Shown here: piece by piece, positions 44,410 to 57,417 of the stretch
How the letters are laid out: each line of letters starts with the position of its first letter
Position numbering within the stretch: the first letter of the stretch is position 1
From: Camelus ferus
Taxonomy: Eukaryota
DNA: 64,000 nt
Direction of reading: 5' to 3'
NCBI RefSeq assembly: GCF_009834535.1
Contig: NC_045696.1
Location: 96,660,001 to 96,724,000 of the forward strand
Notes under the pieces: model-generated
The model's database searches: none
Told to the model about the DNA's origin: nothing
What the model saw: only the letters and a program-made list of their open reading frames with translations
Position numbers and translations under genes: made by a program

Positions 44410-47400
44410 GCCTCTCAGCAGAAAGCCTGAACCACTCACTGTATGTGGTTCCTTGTCATTTTTCTTTCTCTTGGGGATTAGGGTCCTGCACTGCCTGTTG
44501 TCCAGTTTCTGAAAGTAGTTGTTTCATATATTTTGTCTACTTCTAGTTTTCTATCCAGGAAGTTTATGTGGGTTCCAGTTACTCCATCATGGCCAGAAGC
44601 ATGAGTTCCCCTCGCAGAATGTTTTTTATCTTTCAACTAAATGATTTTCAGGAATTTCTGAGACAGGTGAAAGATGGAGAGTTACAACGCCATGAGGAAC
44701 CCCTGAGAAGTCTTCAGTCACTGCTCATTACTCCCCAGAGACAAGCAAGTGCATTACGCCATCTTGACTGCTGTCGGAGTGAGGATCCTCTATGCACCTG
44801 GCAGCCCAGCACAGGCCTGGTAAGATTTCAGATTTCAGCAAGACAAGACTTTTAGGTCCTACTCATACTTGTATTGACATGGAGTTCTCATTCAGTCCAA
44901 GAAAGTAGTCAGTTTAATCTCCATCATACAATTTCCTTCAGAGTAAGAAAAATTCACTCTCTGCATGAGTATCTAGCTGTGTCCTTCATGAAATCAATAC
45001 TTACAGGACATACAGAGTATTGTTGTCTCTGGGGATTAAAGCCAAGATTATGTTCTGGACTGGGTCACAAAGGGCAAGGATGGATTCTCAAAAAACCAAG
45101 AAAGAATAACCATACTAAACCACCAGACACTTTAATTACAGTGGATTTCATGCTCTCGGGGCAAGAAGGGAGGTTCTTTAGCCAATGAGCAAAAATAGAT
45201 ACAAAGAGCAGTTTGAATGATACCCAAGGATTGTAAAGATGAGACATTAGATTTAAGGAAGGTAATTTTAAAGGAGTATAAATTTTAGCATAAACTGAAC
45301 TCTAAAGTAAAGGAAAACTCCAGAATATAAAGGGACTCTGACCACAAAAGCTGACATTGACTTTTTAAAATTGAATAAAACTAATTTATTTATATATACC
45401 CAAGGTCCAATACCCAAGAGGTGCTATGAGAATGCCAGAATAATATTGCTAGAGCCTTGCCATCCCTTCTCCCTCTCTGCCTCCCCTCCACTCCACACTC
45501 CCATATCGTCGCTACAGCCAAATCACCTCAAAACCCAGATCTAATCCTACTGCTCATCTGTACATAACCTTCCTTGGCTATCCAACCACAGAACAAGCCC
45601 AGTTCCTCAGCTCCCAGTGCTCTCCACCATCTTTCCCCAACCTACCTTTCCAGCCTATTTCCCACCAGATCACCTCTTCCTCTGCCCCCTCCCAGATACC
45701 TCTCCTGCAGGAATTATCACAAAGACCCTGTGCCTCTGTGCTTTCCCATCTCTAAAATGCTGTTCCTCTGTGCCTCCCCAATTCCTCTCCCTCATCATCA
45801 AAAACTTTGTCTTTAAGGGTTTTGATCCAATGCCCCATCCCTCCATGCCTGTAGCCCCTCTGATTAGGCTTTTTTTTTTTTATCAGGACTTCTCATGTTT
45901 TGCTGTTTAATGTTTAAACTCCCTGAATGCAGAACTGTATCATACGTCTTCACAACTGTTATCCACAACGTTATGTAGCACATAGAAACCCCTTGTTTTA
46001 AGAAACTAAGTGCAAACACTATTCTGAAGTTGTAATATCCCAAGAATAGGATTGACTTTCAAGTTGTGGATTTGCTTGTCCCTCAGTGAAGACTCCAAAG
46101 CTATTTCTGTCCCCTCCCTTTCCCCTCAGTCAGCCTAAGGAAAGGTAGAAGCCTGGCGGATTTAAACACAGGTTATGTTAATTGTGGGAAGACATCTCTG
46201 GACTCTACTAGTCTGGAATGTTAATCACCTTTTACCATCCAACCCATTAATACAAATGTCTCAAGAGGAAAAACATACTCACTCCTACACCAACGCTAGG
46301 TTTTTTAAAAAGTTATTTCAAAGCTGCTTCTGATCACAGCTTCCCAGAGGCTTATGTTTTCAGCATGTTTGTCATTACTTTACTCTGGACAGTATTTAAT
46401 TAGTTTTTTGAGTTGTAACTCTCTTTATGTGACACTTTAGAACTCAGTTATACTTATCATATTATCTTTCCAAATGCGTCTTCTGGATACAAATTTCCTG
46501 GAACACATCCTCTTCAGTTACTGTAATAATTCTTAAATTTAGTGCTTTACTGCAGATTATATAGGAAGTTCATGTACATTTAAAGGAATTGACTATAATG
46601 TAGATCACTTTGCTTCCTAGGATGGTCTGTACAAGCATGTACACACACACACACCCCTACCCCCCAGGAAAATAAGATGCAGTGGAGCAGGGGTTACACA
46701 CAGCCTCTGGAGAGTTTCCTGGAATGGGAATTTTGCTTGAAGATTTAAGGAGTTACTAAGAACAAAAAAACATTTTTTATGTTAAAAGCAACATGAACAA
46801 TATGGAGTAGTTTTTCTGAATGAATTATAAAATAAGCCTTTGGCAAAATTGTGCTTTGCAAGGGGTCTCCTCAGGCCATAGCCCCAGGCAGACCTGTGCT
46901 TCGGCAGAAACGAGAAGCCCGAGTTTAGCAGTACAGAGCATCTTCACTGAACTAAAATTGCCAGAACTTTGAGACGACATAAGATCCAAACACCAGCTTG
47001 AAAGCAGGTATGGTGTTTTTAAACCCATCTTACATATGGGGAAACTGCCTTGCCTAGAACTGGTCATCTCGCTCTGTTTTGCAATTCTCATCATGGAAAT
47101 AGTAAGGAGCACAATCGGTCAGGAAAACTGAACTTCCTAAATCCACTTTAGAGGAGGGGTCTTTCCAGGTCTGAGTCAATCTGCAGCCTGAAGTTAAGTT
47201 ATGTTAGGACAAGAATCTGTTGTGTCAACTTGCCTCCTCTTCTTCTGGTGTCTCCTGCACTCCCTCAACTTTTATTTTTGGTTTAGTTGATGTGAAAATT
47301 TCCAGTCCATCTTAAAGTGGGAAAACAGTTGTGAAGTGAAATGGAGATTACGTTTTTAAGTTTGCTTTGTTACTGTCTCGTCTTTTCCCACGTGGAATAA

Positions 47401-49779
47401 TTTCTGACAAAGCTCTTTGCTTTTGCTCCTCCTTCCCCAAGCCTCATGAAGGGTTTAGGGTTTTCTTATTGTTTTTGTACTGCCACAAGCTATAGAATCA
47501 GGGCAAGATACTTAATCTCTTTTGGTCTTTTCTTTAGAGCACTGAAGTAGATCTCAGACTCTTTCACACCAAATTTCCATACAACTGTGTATCACAGAAC
47601 TTTACTGGCAGAATCACACTGATAAGTAACCTGTTGTTTAAAATACATTATGTATTTTAATACCTTAAAAATAGTGTCTCATCTGTAGGTCCTATGGACT
47701 ATTAAAAGAAGAAACACAGCATCTTCTAATACATTAATAAAAATGTTTATAGGAAAATGTCATCAGCTGCTTCCCTGCAAACAGACCTGCTCTTAGCAAC
47801 TCAAGAGAAGCAACAAACAAAAGAGTGGTAATTGCTTTTTTCTCTAGTAAGAGTTGCTAGTACACAAAGTAAATGAGCAGAGCCAGTGACTCCAGGGAGT
47901 GTTGGCAGCAACCTACCGACCAGGTTCTAACATTTCTCTTTACTAACCAAGCCAAGCAACCCAATGCTGGTTCCATGCATTCTAGATAATTCCCAAATAG
48001 CTAAACACTTGGTCTAAGCAGCTTAAAATCACAAAATCATAAACCTGTCTTAAACAGTTATGATCTTTAACAGGAAGGAAGTTGGATGGAAGGAGTAAAG
48101 TCAATCACTAGAGAAAAGGAACGGTTAACAGATGATAAAATTATTAGTGAATACTAAGTGAGAAATAGAATCCAAAGATAGGAATGTAACCCAAGTTATA
48201 CCAAAGTGCTTTCTGGGGCTTTGTCAATATTCATTCCCCTCACATCCTCCCCAGCCCCACACAATCTTCTTCCCAATTATGGTGGAGGCTCGTGATGAAA
48301 TGAGGCCAACTTTACATTTTGATTTTTCAGTTATGTTAAAGAAAATCCTCTACTTTTAGGGCGCTTAATGAAGTTCAGATTGGGTTTCCCAAGTGATTTA
48401 AAGAGTTCTATTATGGTGACTACAATAAAACTACAAGTACGCATTTTCTCTACTCAGAACGATAAGGATTTAAATAACCTGTTTTATGTGAAAATCAAGA
48501 TCAGTTGTCACTATAAAATATAAGCATAATGCAGGCATTTTGGCTGCTCTGCTCTAAGAAAATCTAGCAAATCAAATCAGTTATTTTATACTCAAAGATT
48601 AAACATTTCCTTTTAAAACATCTATCCAAAGTTTTAAAATACTAACCCAACAAAGGATAACAAATACATTGCACTGATCGAATAGATTAATTGGGACAAT
48701 TAAGTCCTCAATTTGTTTTCTTAGAAACATAATCTCCCTCTCATGCTGTTTCTCTCTTCTTTTAGGTTCTCATTTTGCTAAACTTCCCATTCTTAAGTCA
48801 TTCCATAAATGTGAAGCAAATGAGCAAAAATTTTCTTCTGTTCCTTGAGCTGTTTCAGATTGTCATGGTCTTCTGCATTCTGCCTGTGGTCCTCATTGTG
48901 GACCACAAACTGACAGCATCAGCTTGTCATTATCTGGAAGCCTGGCTGAAGTGTAAATTATTGGGGCCCCTCTCAGACCAACTGAATCAAAACCCCTACA
49001 GATGGGATCTAGGAACTTGTCGCAATGATTCTTAGGCACACTACAGTTCTAAAACCACTGCTGTAACACGTTTGCCCAGTTATCATGTTGTTTGTTATTT
49101 TGCTCATGCTTAACATAGGCAACAGAAGACATCTCTACAAGACTTGAAAGAGAATGGGTGACTTAACACTCTTCGCACTGTACCTGAGACCAGTTCCTAT
49201 TCCTCTTCAAGGTACAGTTCAGATCTGGGTCTGCTGCTACTTGCTTTTCTAAAGCCTACGGAAAAAGAGCCAATGACTGTGAAGGAAAAGGCTCAGCTCA
49301 ATTTTCTAAAAATATTTGAACTTTGCTTTCTCTTCTGAGATTGTTAAACTGTCTATATCAGTCAAGAGAGAAGCTCTCACTTTATTTCTCTCCAGATTTG
49401 GGGATGTTAGTATGATTTTTTCAGGGATTCTGGAGGGTGGGAATAAAGATAGATAACAGAGTAAACTGCTCCTCTCTGCTCCACCCTGGTGCAGAATACA
49501 CCACAGAGCTATGGGTAATTCAGCAACAATGAAGCACACGCAACTGGACCATAAGGCTCAAGAAGTAGTTTAAGGTCCCAGAGTGGTGAGACTTGAGAGA
49601 TCTGAGTGCCAGCCTGGGAGGGGGAGATAGGGGCTGTTAGCACTGACTGGGTTAAGAAGCCATTAGAAAAATTACTTACTGACAACAATTTTTTCAATGT
49701 AAAATCTGTATTCCTAAATACAGTTACCATATAAAGTGCTCTAGCACAGATTTAATTCCAGAAAGGAGGCATTCCTTTC

Positions 49780-52303
49780 ACATCAGTGTAATAAAAGTTT
49801 ATTTTCACAAAGCTATAGAGGTAAGCTCCCAAACTTTACAATTCCTCATGTTTCTCTCAATAGATTTTTTTTAAGTCTCAATATTAAATATCAACTCATG
49901 CTTTAAAATTTTGTACGCTATTTTTAAAAATCTAAATTAGTTAAAATTATGACAATGATAAAATGCCAACCAATCAAGTCCCCAAATTAATAACATTCAA
50001 AATAAGAATCATCATTGGGATCCTGTCATATTTTGAAAGTGGTAAAGGCTGATCAACTGTTGTTATTAATCTTAGTTCCATAAGTAAACAATGCATGTAC
50101 ATTTTGAAAGTATATTTATCCTGCACATTTTGATGAGGTATAAAGCCATATTTTGCCACCATTTTTAAAAGTAATCTAACAAATGTCTTTCATAGCAACT
50201 ATGGTAAAAACCCCAATAACATTAGCCAACCTGCTGTCATGTTCTGTGGTCCTCTAACTAATACAGTACATTTATAAACGACACAACCACACCAATTTGT
50301 AAGCAACTATGTAATAAGTTTTGAAATATTAGGAATGGAGCCACATTTCAACTTTCCATTTTTTCATATTTTTTATATTCACACTTCTTATTAATTTTTT
50401 CACTACTCTATTAAATCTTAGATTTAAATATGGCCAAAGATAAAATAATATTGAAATGGTTGTCAACAAAATAGTTGAGTTTTATCAGTGACCAAGACAC
50501 TTAAAACTATTCTCCAAAAGACAAGTTATTTACCCAAAGCAAACATGGCAAAGGTTAGAATTAAATCTTAGAGTCTCATGGTTGGCCTGCCAGATGCATG
50601 GGAATATCCAAAGCTCAAGTTTGGAAGGTCTAAATGTCACTACTGGAATGTCTGTCACTGAAGAAAGACCCTACACACACTCAGCAGTGTGTTCAACTTG
50701 CAAAAGTTTCGGCTGGTACAAATCAAGTTAACAAGGTTTTAAGCCTTAGTCAAAGATAACAAAATATTACACTTGACTAATAACCTCTAAGTAACCTCCA
50801 GCTTAAATTGTATTGACTTTTGCCTCTGTATGATCTTAGGTTAATAGTTCTGCAGCCTTAATTGAAAGGATAAAGCATTTAATCAATTTTCTGCAGTGAA
50901 TTATTAGACTAACTTCTTTTTCAGCTAGAGACTACAGTATGTTTCATCTTGAGGCTGTCACAATCATGATTATTACCAGACATGCATTTCAACAAATATT
51001 CACAAATGAAGTATAAGGTTGTGCTAAGTGTCTGGTGAGTCCAGTGTTGAATTGTCTCCTAACTTTTCCTCAAGTCCCTTAACTTCCACTAACAAATCTA
51101 GACCTACCACTTTTATTCCTATAAGGAAGCTGAAGTACATTATGACTTGCTGTATGACTATTTTTCTATATTATGGTCCTATTTCTGCTGACTTACTGTT
51201 TTTATCAATTTAAATTTAAAAAAAACTATCTTTTTAGAACTCTGGAAAGATATTAAATTCACTGAATAAAAAACTTTTCAATTTTGTTTCTCAAATATAA
51301 TAAATTCTGATATATGATGTTAGACAAGTTAAATTATTAGACAAGTGATATCCATTCACCTAATATTAATGTTGTAAAGAGGTTCAACTAAACTTTCTTT
51401 AGTGAGGCAAGTTTTAATTATCCTAATAATGGTAAATGATCTATTATTTGTGTGTGAATCTAAAGTGTATCCCCTAGGAAATTATCTGTGAGTCAAAAGC
51501 AAAAACTTAGGCAGACAACTGTTAAATATAATGTTAACAGGTACGCTGGGCAGTAAATTCAGACTTTTTATTTAGCTTACATCTGCTTAGTTTTTTATTG
51601 AGTTAAGTATAAAGGCCCAGTTAATCAATTCATTAAATTGGTCAAGGCAAGACACTTGAACTACATAACAGGATTTAAAAAGCAGTTGGTCTTTTAGTAG
51701 TTCTCTGGTAATCACACACGCACACACACACACACATACACACAAACTGGTAGAGTACTCTGGATATAGGATTTACCCCCATAATCTTATATGATGCCCT
51801 GTTCACAATCTGCAGTATTTTGAAAACTATATAAATTGGATATGACCAAATTAGAGATGTCTGATAAACTCTTATAAAGTATTTGGGAACTTCAGCTACA
51901 GTCCTAAAAAGATCAATTTTAAACTATAAAAAAGGAAAATTCATATAAAATCACAACAGATTTAACAGACATCTTTGGAAAAAAAATCAAATTGCAACTC
52001 AATTTTCTACTTTTTCAAATATGGCCAAGAAAAAAAAGGTACAAGTGGTAATGTCTGCATTTTTTTTAAAAACTATTAACTGAGTAGATTTGGGGAAGAA
52101 AAAAGCTATACAGTATTATTGCACTCCACGAATGTGCAGAATTCAAAAATGTGCCAGCACTGAAAGACTGTCTTGCATTGAGGTTTTCCAAGAGGTACAA
52201 CGAGCCTGCCAAGAAAGCATCTGGTCTGTACTAACAGCTTGCTGTCTTCAGTACAGGCCTTCATAATGTCAGTCACGCTGCTCTTGTAAAAATCCCTTAA
52301 TGT
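49780..52303 (-). other. SELENOT: SELENOT non-coding terminal exon (3' UTR); distal end approximate
   Basis: Acceptor tctttcag|ACATTAAGGG at 52303; contains the SECIS; AT-rich and free of obvious interspersed repeats; candidate AATAAA on - strand at 49798-49803. Confidence 0.7.
52198..52280 (-). promoter_or_regulatory. SECIS element (type II) of SELENOT
   Basis: AUGA-A core (52264-52260), helix II GGCCUGUACUG/UAGUACAGACC, apical AAG plus mini-stem ACAGC/GCUGU, 3' A-GA-U, imperfect helix I CAGCGUGACUGACA/UGGCAGGCUCGUUG. Confidence 0.95.
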
Positions 52304-52680
52304 CTGAAAGATACACAGAAAAAAGGAATATTTTATTTCAAAATTCACTCTTGTAAAATCAACTCATTGATCAGAAAAGAACTGAGAACATCTCTGCTAA
52401 ACAAAATTAACTTTCACCTCTCCGTGTTCATATACATTTGCCTATAAATTTTCTATCCTGAACATGTGAAAAGGATTTGCATAGTTTTAGGAACTAGTTA
52501 TTGAAGGTAAGGAGAGGGTATGTATGTAGGAAGCATAATGTATGAATTCTAGCCATCAGGAGTTCACAGTCAAAAAAACTGATGTTATAGGCCCAATTAT
52601 TAAGCTTTAAACTTAAAATTAATAGCATAACCTTACTTTATTTTGGCAGCTCCAAACTCTCTCTTGGTCATTCATAAATT

Positions 52681-52831
52681 CTTTTTTTCCCTCTTGTTTT
52701 TTTCTTTTTTTTTTTATGAGGGGGAGGTAACTGAGTTTATTTATTTACTTTTGGAGGAGGTACTGGGGATTGAACCCAGGACCTTGTGCAGGCTAAGCAT
52801 GCACTCTACTGCTTCAGCTATACCTTCCCCC
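52681..52831 (-). mobile_element. Camelid tRNA-derived SINE (Vic-1-like) in SELENOT intron 5
   Basis: ggtactggggattgaacccaggaccttgtgcaggctaagcatgcactctactgcttcagctatacc; TSD cataaatt at 52673-52680 and 52832-52839. Confidence 0.9.
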
Positions 52832-53010
52832 CATAAATTTTAATGAAGAAAATATCCGTCTGTTAAATCTTAAGTTGGAAACTCAAGTGACAAATATGTA
52901 ATATCTATTATTAATATAATATATATTATGCTAATATATGTAATATCCTGCTGATTCATCAGAATTAAGTGATACCTATACAAAGTTATTGTATTTTTAA
53001 ACTACTTACA

Positions 53011-53141
53011 GGGGGAAGGGATAGCTCAGTGGTAGAGCACATGCTTAGTATGCAGAAGGTCCTGGGTTCAATCCCCAGTGCCGCCATCAAAAAATAAATA
53101 AATAAACCTAGTTACTATTCCCCTCCAAAAGGAAACAATGT
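53011..53141 (+). mobile_element. Camelid tRNA-derived SINE (Vic-1-like) at the SELENOT exon 5/intron 5 boundary
   Basis: gggggaagggatagctcagtggtagagcacatgcttag...gggttcaatcccc; TSD aaactacttaca (52999-53010) / aagctacttaca (53142-53153). Confidence 0.9.
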
Positions 53142-53181
53142 AAGCTACTTACAAAAGAGTTTTCAGTGCTGATAGGTGGGG

Positions 53182-53306
53182 CTATGATCGATGATGTGGG
53201 ATTGAATCCATATGCACATTGAGCTTCATTTCATTGTCAAGAATTTGAACAAGCTGTTGCATGGATGGAAGGTGACCAGATTCCAGCTTAGACCACACAG
53301 GAACAT
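53182..53306 (-). CDS. SELENOT: SELENOT exon 5 coding part (stop TAG 53182-53184; exon continues as UTR to 53153)
   Basis: ttttatag|AT GTT CCT GTG TGG...CGA TCA TAG; (D)VPVWSKLESGHLPSMQQLVQILDNEMKLNVHMDSIPHHRS*; donor TTT|gtaagt 29 nt after the stop. Confidence 0.97.
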
Positions 53307-53679
53307 CTATAAAAATAAATGGTACCGCCCCCTCCAAATTAAAGACGATTCTATAATAGACATTCATTCTATAAATGTCTATGCACACAGCTGGGGATAC
53401 GAAAGTGAGCAAAAGAATTAAGCTTCTTGCTCTTACAAAGTTTACATACTAGTAGGGGGAAATACAAAAAGAACTATACAAAAATAGCTACAAAATCACA
53501 TTTGTATACTAAGAATAAAACCTAGAAGATGCTATGAGAGGGACATATGAGAGGCTGGAAAGGAGCCTTTGTACTTACTATTATTAAAACTGAGAGATAT
53601 TAAAATTGAGAGAGATTATTAATGTGAAAGCTGAAATACAGAAGAGTAGTACAAGAGAGGCTGGAGAAGTTGGCAGTGA

Positions 53680-54315
53680 CTAGATCAGGGATCAACAAAC
53701 AAAGGGTCAGAGAGTAAGCATTTTCAGCTCAGGAAGACATACAGTAGGTCCTGGCTACTTAACACTCATTGTAGCCTGAAAGTGGTAACAGGCAATACAT
53801 AAATGAATGTGAATGATTGTGTTCCAATAAAACTTTATTTACAAAGCAGGCAACAGGGAACATGGTCCGTGAGGCTATGGTTTGCCCATGCCTAGGCTAC
53901 ATCATGCAGGGCCTTTTTGCCATGTTACATGTTCTTATCCTGAGAACAAAGTAAAGACATTCAATAGATTTGAGGCAGTAAAGCAACAAGAGGAAATGTG
54001 TATTTTAAAAAATTTATTTTAAATAACTCAACTGTTTGGAACAGATGCTAGCAAATGTTTCTGTAAAAGGCCAGATGGTAAATATTTAAGGTCTTATGGA
54101 CCAAGAGGCAAAATCAAGAATATTACATAGATACTTACATAACTAGAGAGATAAATTTTCACAAATTTTTCATTGATGAAACTCAAAATTTTAGGTACAA
54201 ATACTGACATTGTGATTTCATATAACTTCCATATCACGAAATATTCTTCTTTTTTTTAACCATTAAATGTAAAAGCCACTGTTAGTTCATAGGCTGTATT
54301 TGCCAATCTCTGGTT
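53680..54315. mobile_element. Two MER58-like hAT-Charlie elements (about 53680-53895 and 54045-54315)
   Basis: tgttccaataaaactttatttacaaagcagg; ctgtaaaaggccagatggtaaatattt. Confidence 0.65.
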
Positions 54316-54818
54316 TAGACAATGTATTTGAGCATAACAAGATCATTCTGGCTTGGATTAGGGTGGTTAGCAATGGAGATAAATAGACGCAGAAATGTAA
54401 AAGGCAGAACTGAGAATTTGGTAATCTATTAGATATGGAGAGTAAGAGGGAAAGTGACGTTATCCTAGGTTTCTGATACGGGCAGCTGAGTAGAATGTTA
54501 ACAGTGCCATTAAACAACTGAGAAATGCCAGGGAAGGAGCAAACTGGAGTATAAAAGAATTACAGGAAGCTGACATAATCAACAGTTTGGGAGTAAACAC
54601 TGTTTAGGATTTCTGGGTATAGCTCCTAGAAGAGAGGACTAGAGCTCTCCAGAGCTATACATTCAAGGATCATTATACAGATGTTATTCTAAAGCTATGG
54701 AAGTAGGTGAAGACCATAGAAAGAGGTAATTTAGCATAATTATGAAAAACAGAAACATCTGATGCTTATTATAAATCATTTAATATTTATCATAGAATGC
54801 AAACTATTCAGAACTCAC

Positions 54819-54906
54819 CATTCAAAGTTATCTCAAATGCACCCGTTGACATACACTGGTTCTCAATCATGTTGCTCAAGAAGAAGACCATCATACATGC
54901 ATAGAC
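54819..54906 (-). CDS. SELENOT: SELENOT exon 4
   Basis: ttttag|GTC TAT GCA TGT ATG ATG...AAT G|gtgagt; VYACMMVFFLSNMIENQCMSTGAFEITLN; 88 nt. Confidence 0.97.
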
Positions 54907-56724
54907 CTAAAAGAAAATGCAATTAAGTGCAACAGTTAAAGTCAGTCTGAAATCAAAACATGACAAGACACAATACTCTTTTAAATATATAGCCTCATTT
55001 TTATTTGGTAATTGCTCTTTTTAAATCTACCTTAAGTTTCTATACAAATTACTACTGCTATTCCATATGTTTGGATAATGTACACAGAACAAGAAAATTA
55101 CAAGATTAATTCACATTTATACACATTCTGAAGAACTTATATATGTTATTCCTAATGTAAAGATAAATTTTTTAGAGATCTCATAATAGCCTTAATAAGT
55201 TAAACAGAAGAATACCAGCATAAAAAGGGTTCATTTCCACATTTTTATAACAATGTATGAATTCACAAGAGACTAGTGATGCAATAAACAGCAACTCCAT
55301 GTGTTCAGTATAACCTGTCCATGTTCCAAACAAATCATTTTAAGCCAAACTTAAAAAAAGTAGTTTAGAAAGCACTAGCATATTAAGTTATATTAATTTA
55401 CCTTTTGAAGGCAAATTTGTACCCTCCCAAAAGAGACTGAAAGCTCTTGTTGGACAGAAAGTTTTTAATTTAATAAAATAACCTAACTAAAAAAGCAGAA
55501 TGTAGTTAGGATGTCAATTCACAACAAGCTGTTTCAGAAAAATAAATCAAAAGGCCCACAGCAGATGAGAAGGAGCTTTTCCCCAGGCCCTACTTGAGTC
55601 AAGTGGGCTCTGATTTCATAGAAGTTATCCTAGCATTTGGGAACAAAAGTCTATTTTCAAGAGAACAATACACAAGGAAGTGTCATGAAAGCTACAGCTT
55701 TCAAAGTATCCTCTTCCACAGTAGATCAACAATGTTAGATGTCTACAGAAGTAAAATGCACTAAAGATAATTTGGAATCAACAGAATTAACCAATGTAGC
55801 ACAAAACATCAATAGGTACTTGCAATTCTTAATCCTATGCAAATCAGTATTTTGTTAATAGCAGGGCAGAGACACACTTCAATTAGAGGTAGCACCTGAG
55901 GAGGTTTACGTTAAGAACCCTTGCCTGTTATTGGAAATAGTGGTTCCCTAAGAAAAAGAAGTACAGCTATGTCAGGAGTCAGCTGAAGACAGTCGCAGCC
56001 TAGAACTGAAGGACAAGACCAGGTAGAGGACTCCAAGAGAGAATACTTCTTAGAAGGAAATCTAGGCAATGTCACTCGAGAGAGAGATAAAAATTAGTTC
56101 CATTTCTCAAGCAGAAAGGCAGACCCTCCAGAAAAGATGATTTTAAGTAAAATAGATGGGAGATCTAGGAAGAACATGCGCTGTAGTAAGACCCTACAAA
56201 GGAAAAAAGACATAGCACGAGACTCTTATGTATACTTATATGGATTATTTCAGGTAACTTGCTTTTTGGATCCCCCAGGAAGATTCAAAGAACAAATAAT
56301 AAAAACAGTTTTGATAAAAAATAAACCAGTGGAAATCTCATTTTTAATATGAATAAAGCCATTAATACCCATATTAGTTGGTACAAAAGGCCTGCATTAT
56401 GTATGTTTTACTAGATATGATTTGGCCCAAATTATATAATCAAAATTAGGTACTGAATTATTTTGTGCCCAGATAACACCTAAAGTAATACTTCCCTATC
56501 CTTCAAACAATAAAAAGATAAGACCTAACCACTCTTGATACATAAATATGGAGAATAAGGCCAAGAAAGGTTAAGGGCTTTGCCCAAAGATAAAAAGTGG
56601 TTTAAGTTGAAATAATACGTGTAAACAGCAAAAAGTACTTAAAAAAAAAAAAAAGAAAAATTCATTAAAATATTTCATTGACAAACTAAATACCTACAGC
56701 TATCAAAGCTATTAAGTTACATAC

Positions 56725-56851
56725 CTTATTTTCTTGGCCCCACTGCCAGATGCTAGGAGCTTGCATGCCGAAGAAAGCAAAAGGATCCTTGCCAACAATT
56801 ATTAAGCCTATTAATACTAGTTTGAAGACTGACAGGAAAGATGCTATGTGT
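56725..56851 (-). CDS. SELENOT: SELENOT exon 3
   Basis: tttcatag|A CAC ATA GCA...AAT AAG|gtatgt; HIASFLSVFKLVLIGLIIVGKDPFAFFGMQAPSIWQWGQENK; 127 nt. Confidence 0.97.
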
Positions 56852-57417
56852 CTATGAAAAGAAAAGAAATTCATCAGAAGCTGCAATTTCTCATCTATTT
56901 CAAAATTTCATAACTCAAGTGTATGTGTATAGACATTTTCCAAACACCAAATCTAAAAGTTGCTAATTATACTAGAGAAAAGACAGTTATTAAAGTTTAT
57001 TGTGCAGTTTTAAAACAGAAATGTTGAACAATTTTTAAATAAAAAATTAATTTATAAACTTATACAGCATTGGCCTTGAAAATACTATTATTTTAAGAGT
57101 ACAGAATTTTATACAATTGACTTTCTATAAAAACATGGGAGTTCTTAGTCTATGTCCACAATAAAAATTACATAAGAAAACACATCTTTAGAAGGGTTAC
57201 CATCTCTGAAATGATCTTCCTCTTTTCCTTCTTACAGAAAAATGCTTCCATATTTGGAGCAAATAAGCATTATTTAAATTATAACCAACTGTAAATTAAA
57301 CTAACTAAAGAATTATAGTAACCAAGTAAAGTTAACTAAATCATTTCACAAGTTTATTCACAAGAGTGAAAAAAATTCACTTAAAAATTTCTTTGTAAGT
57401 TACTGAAATTTCCTTAC

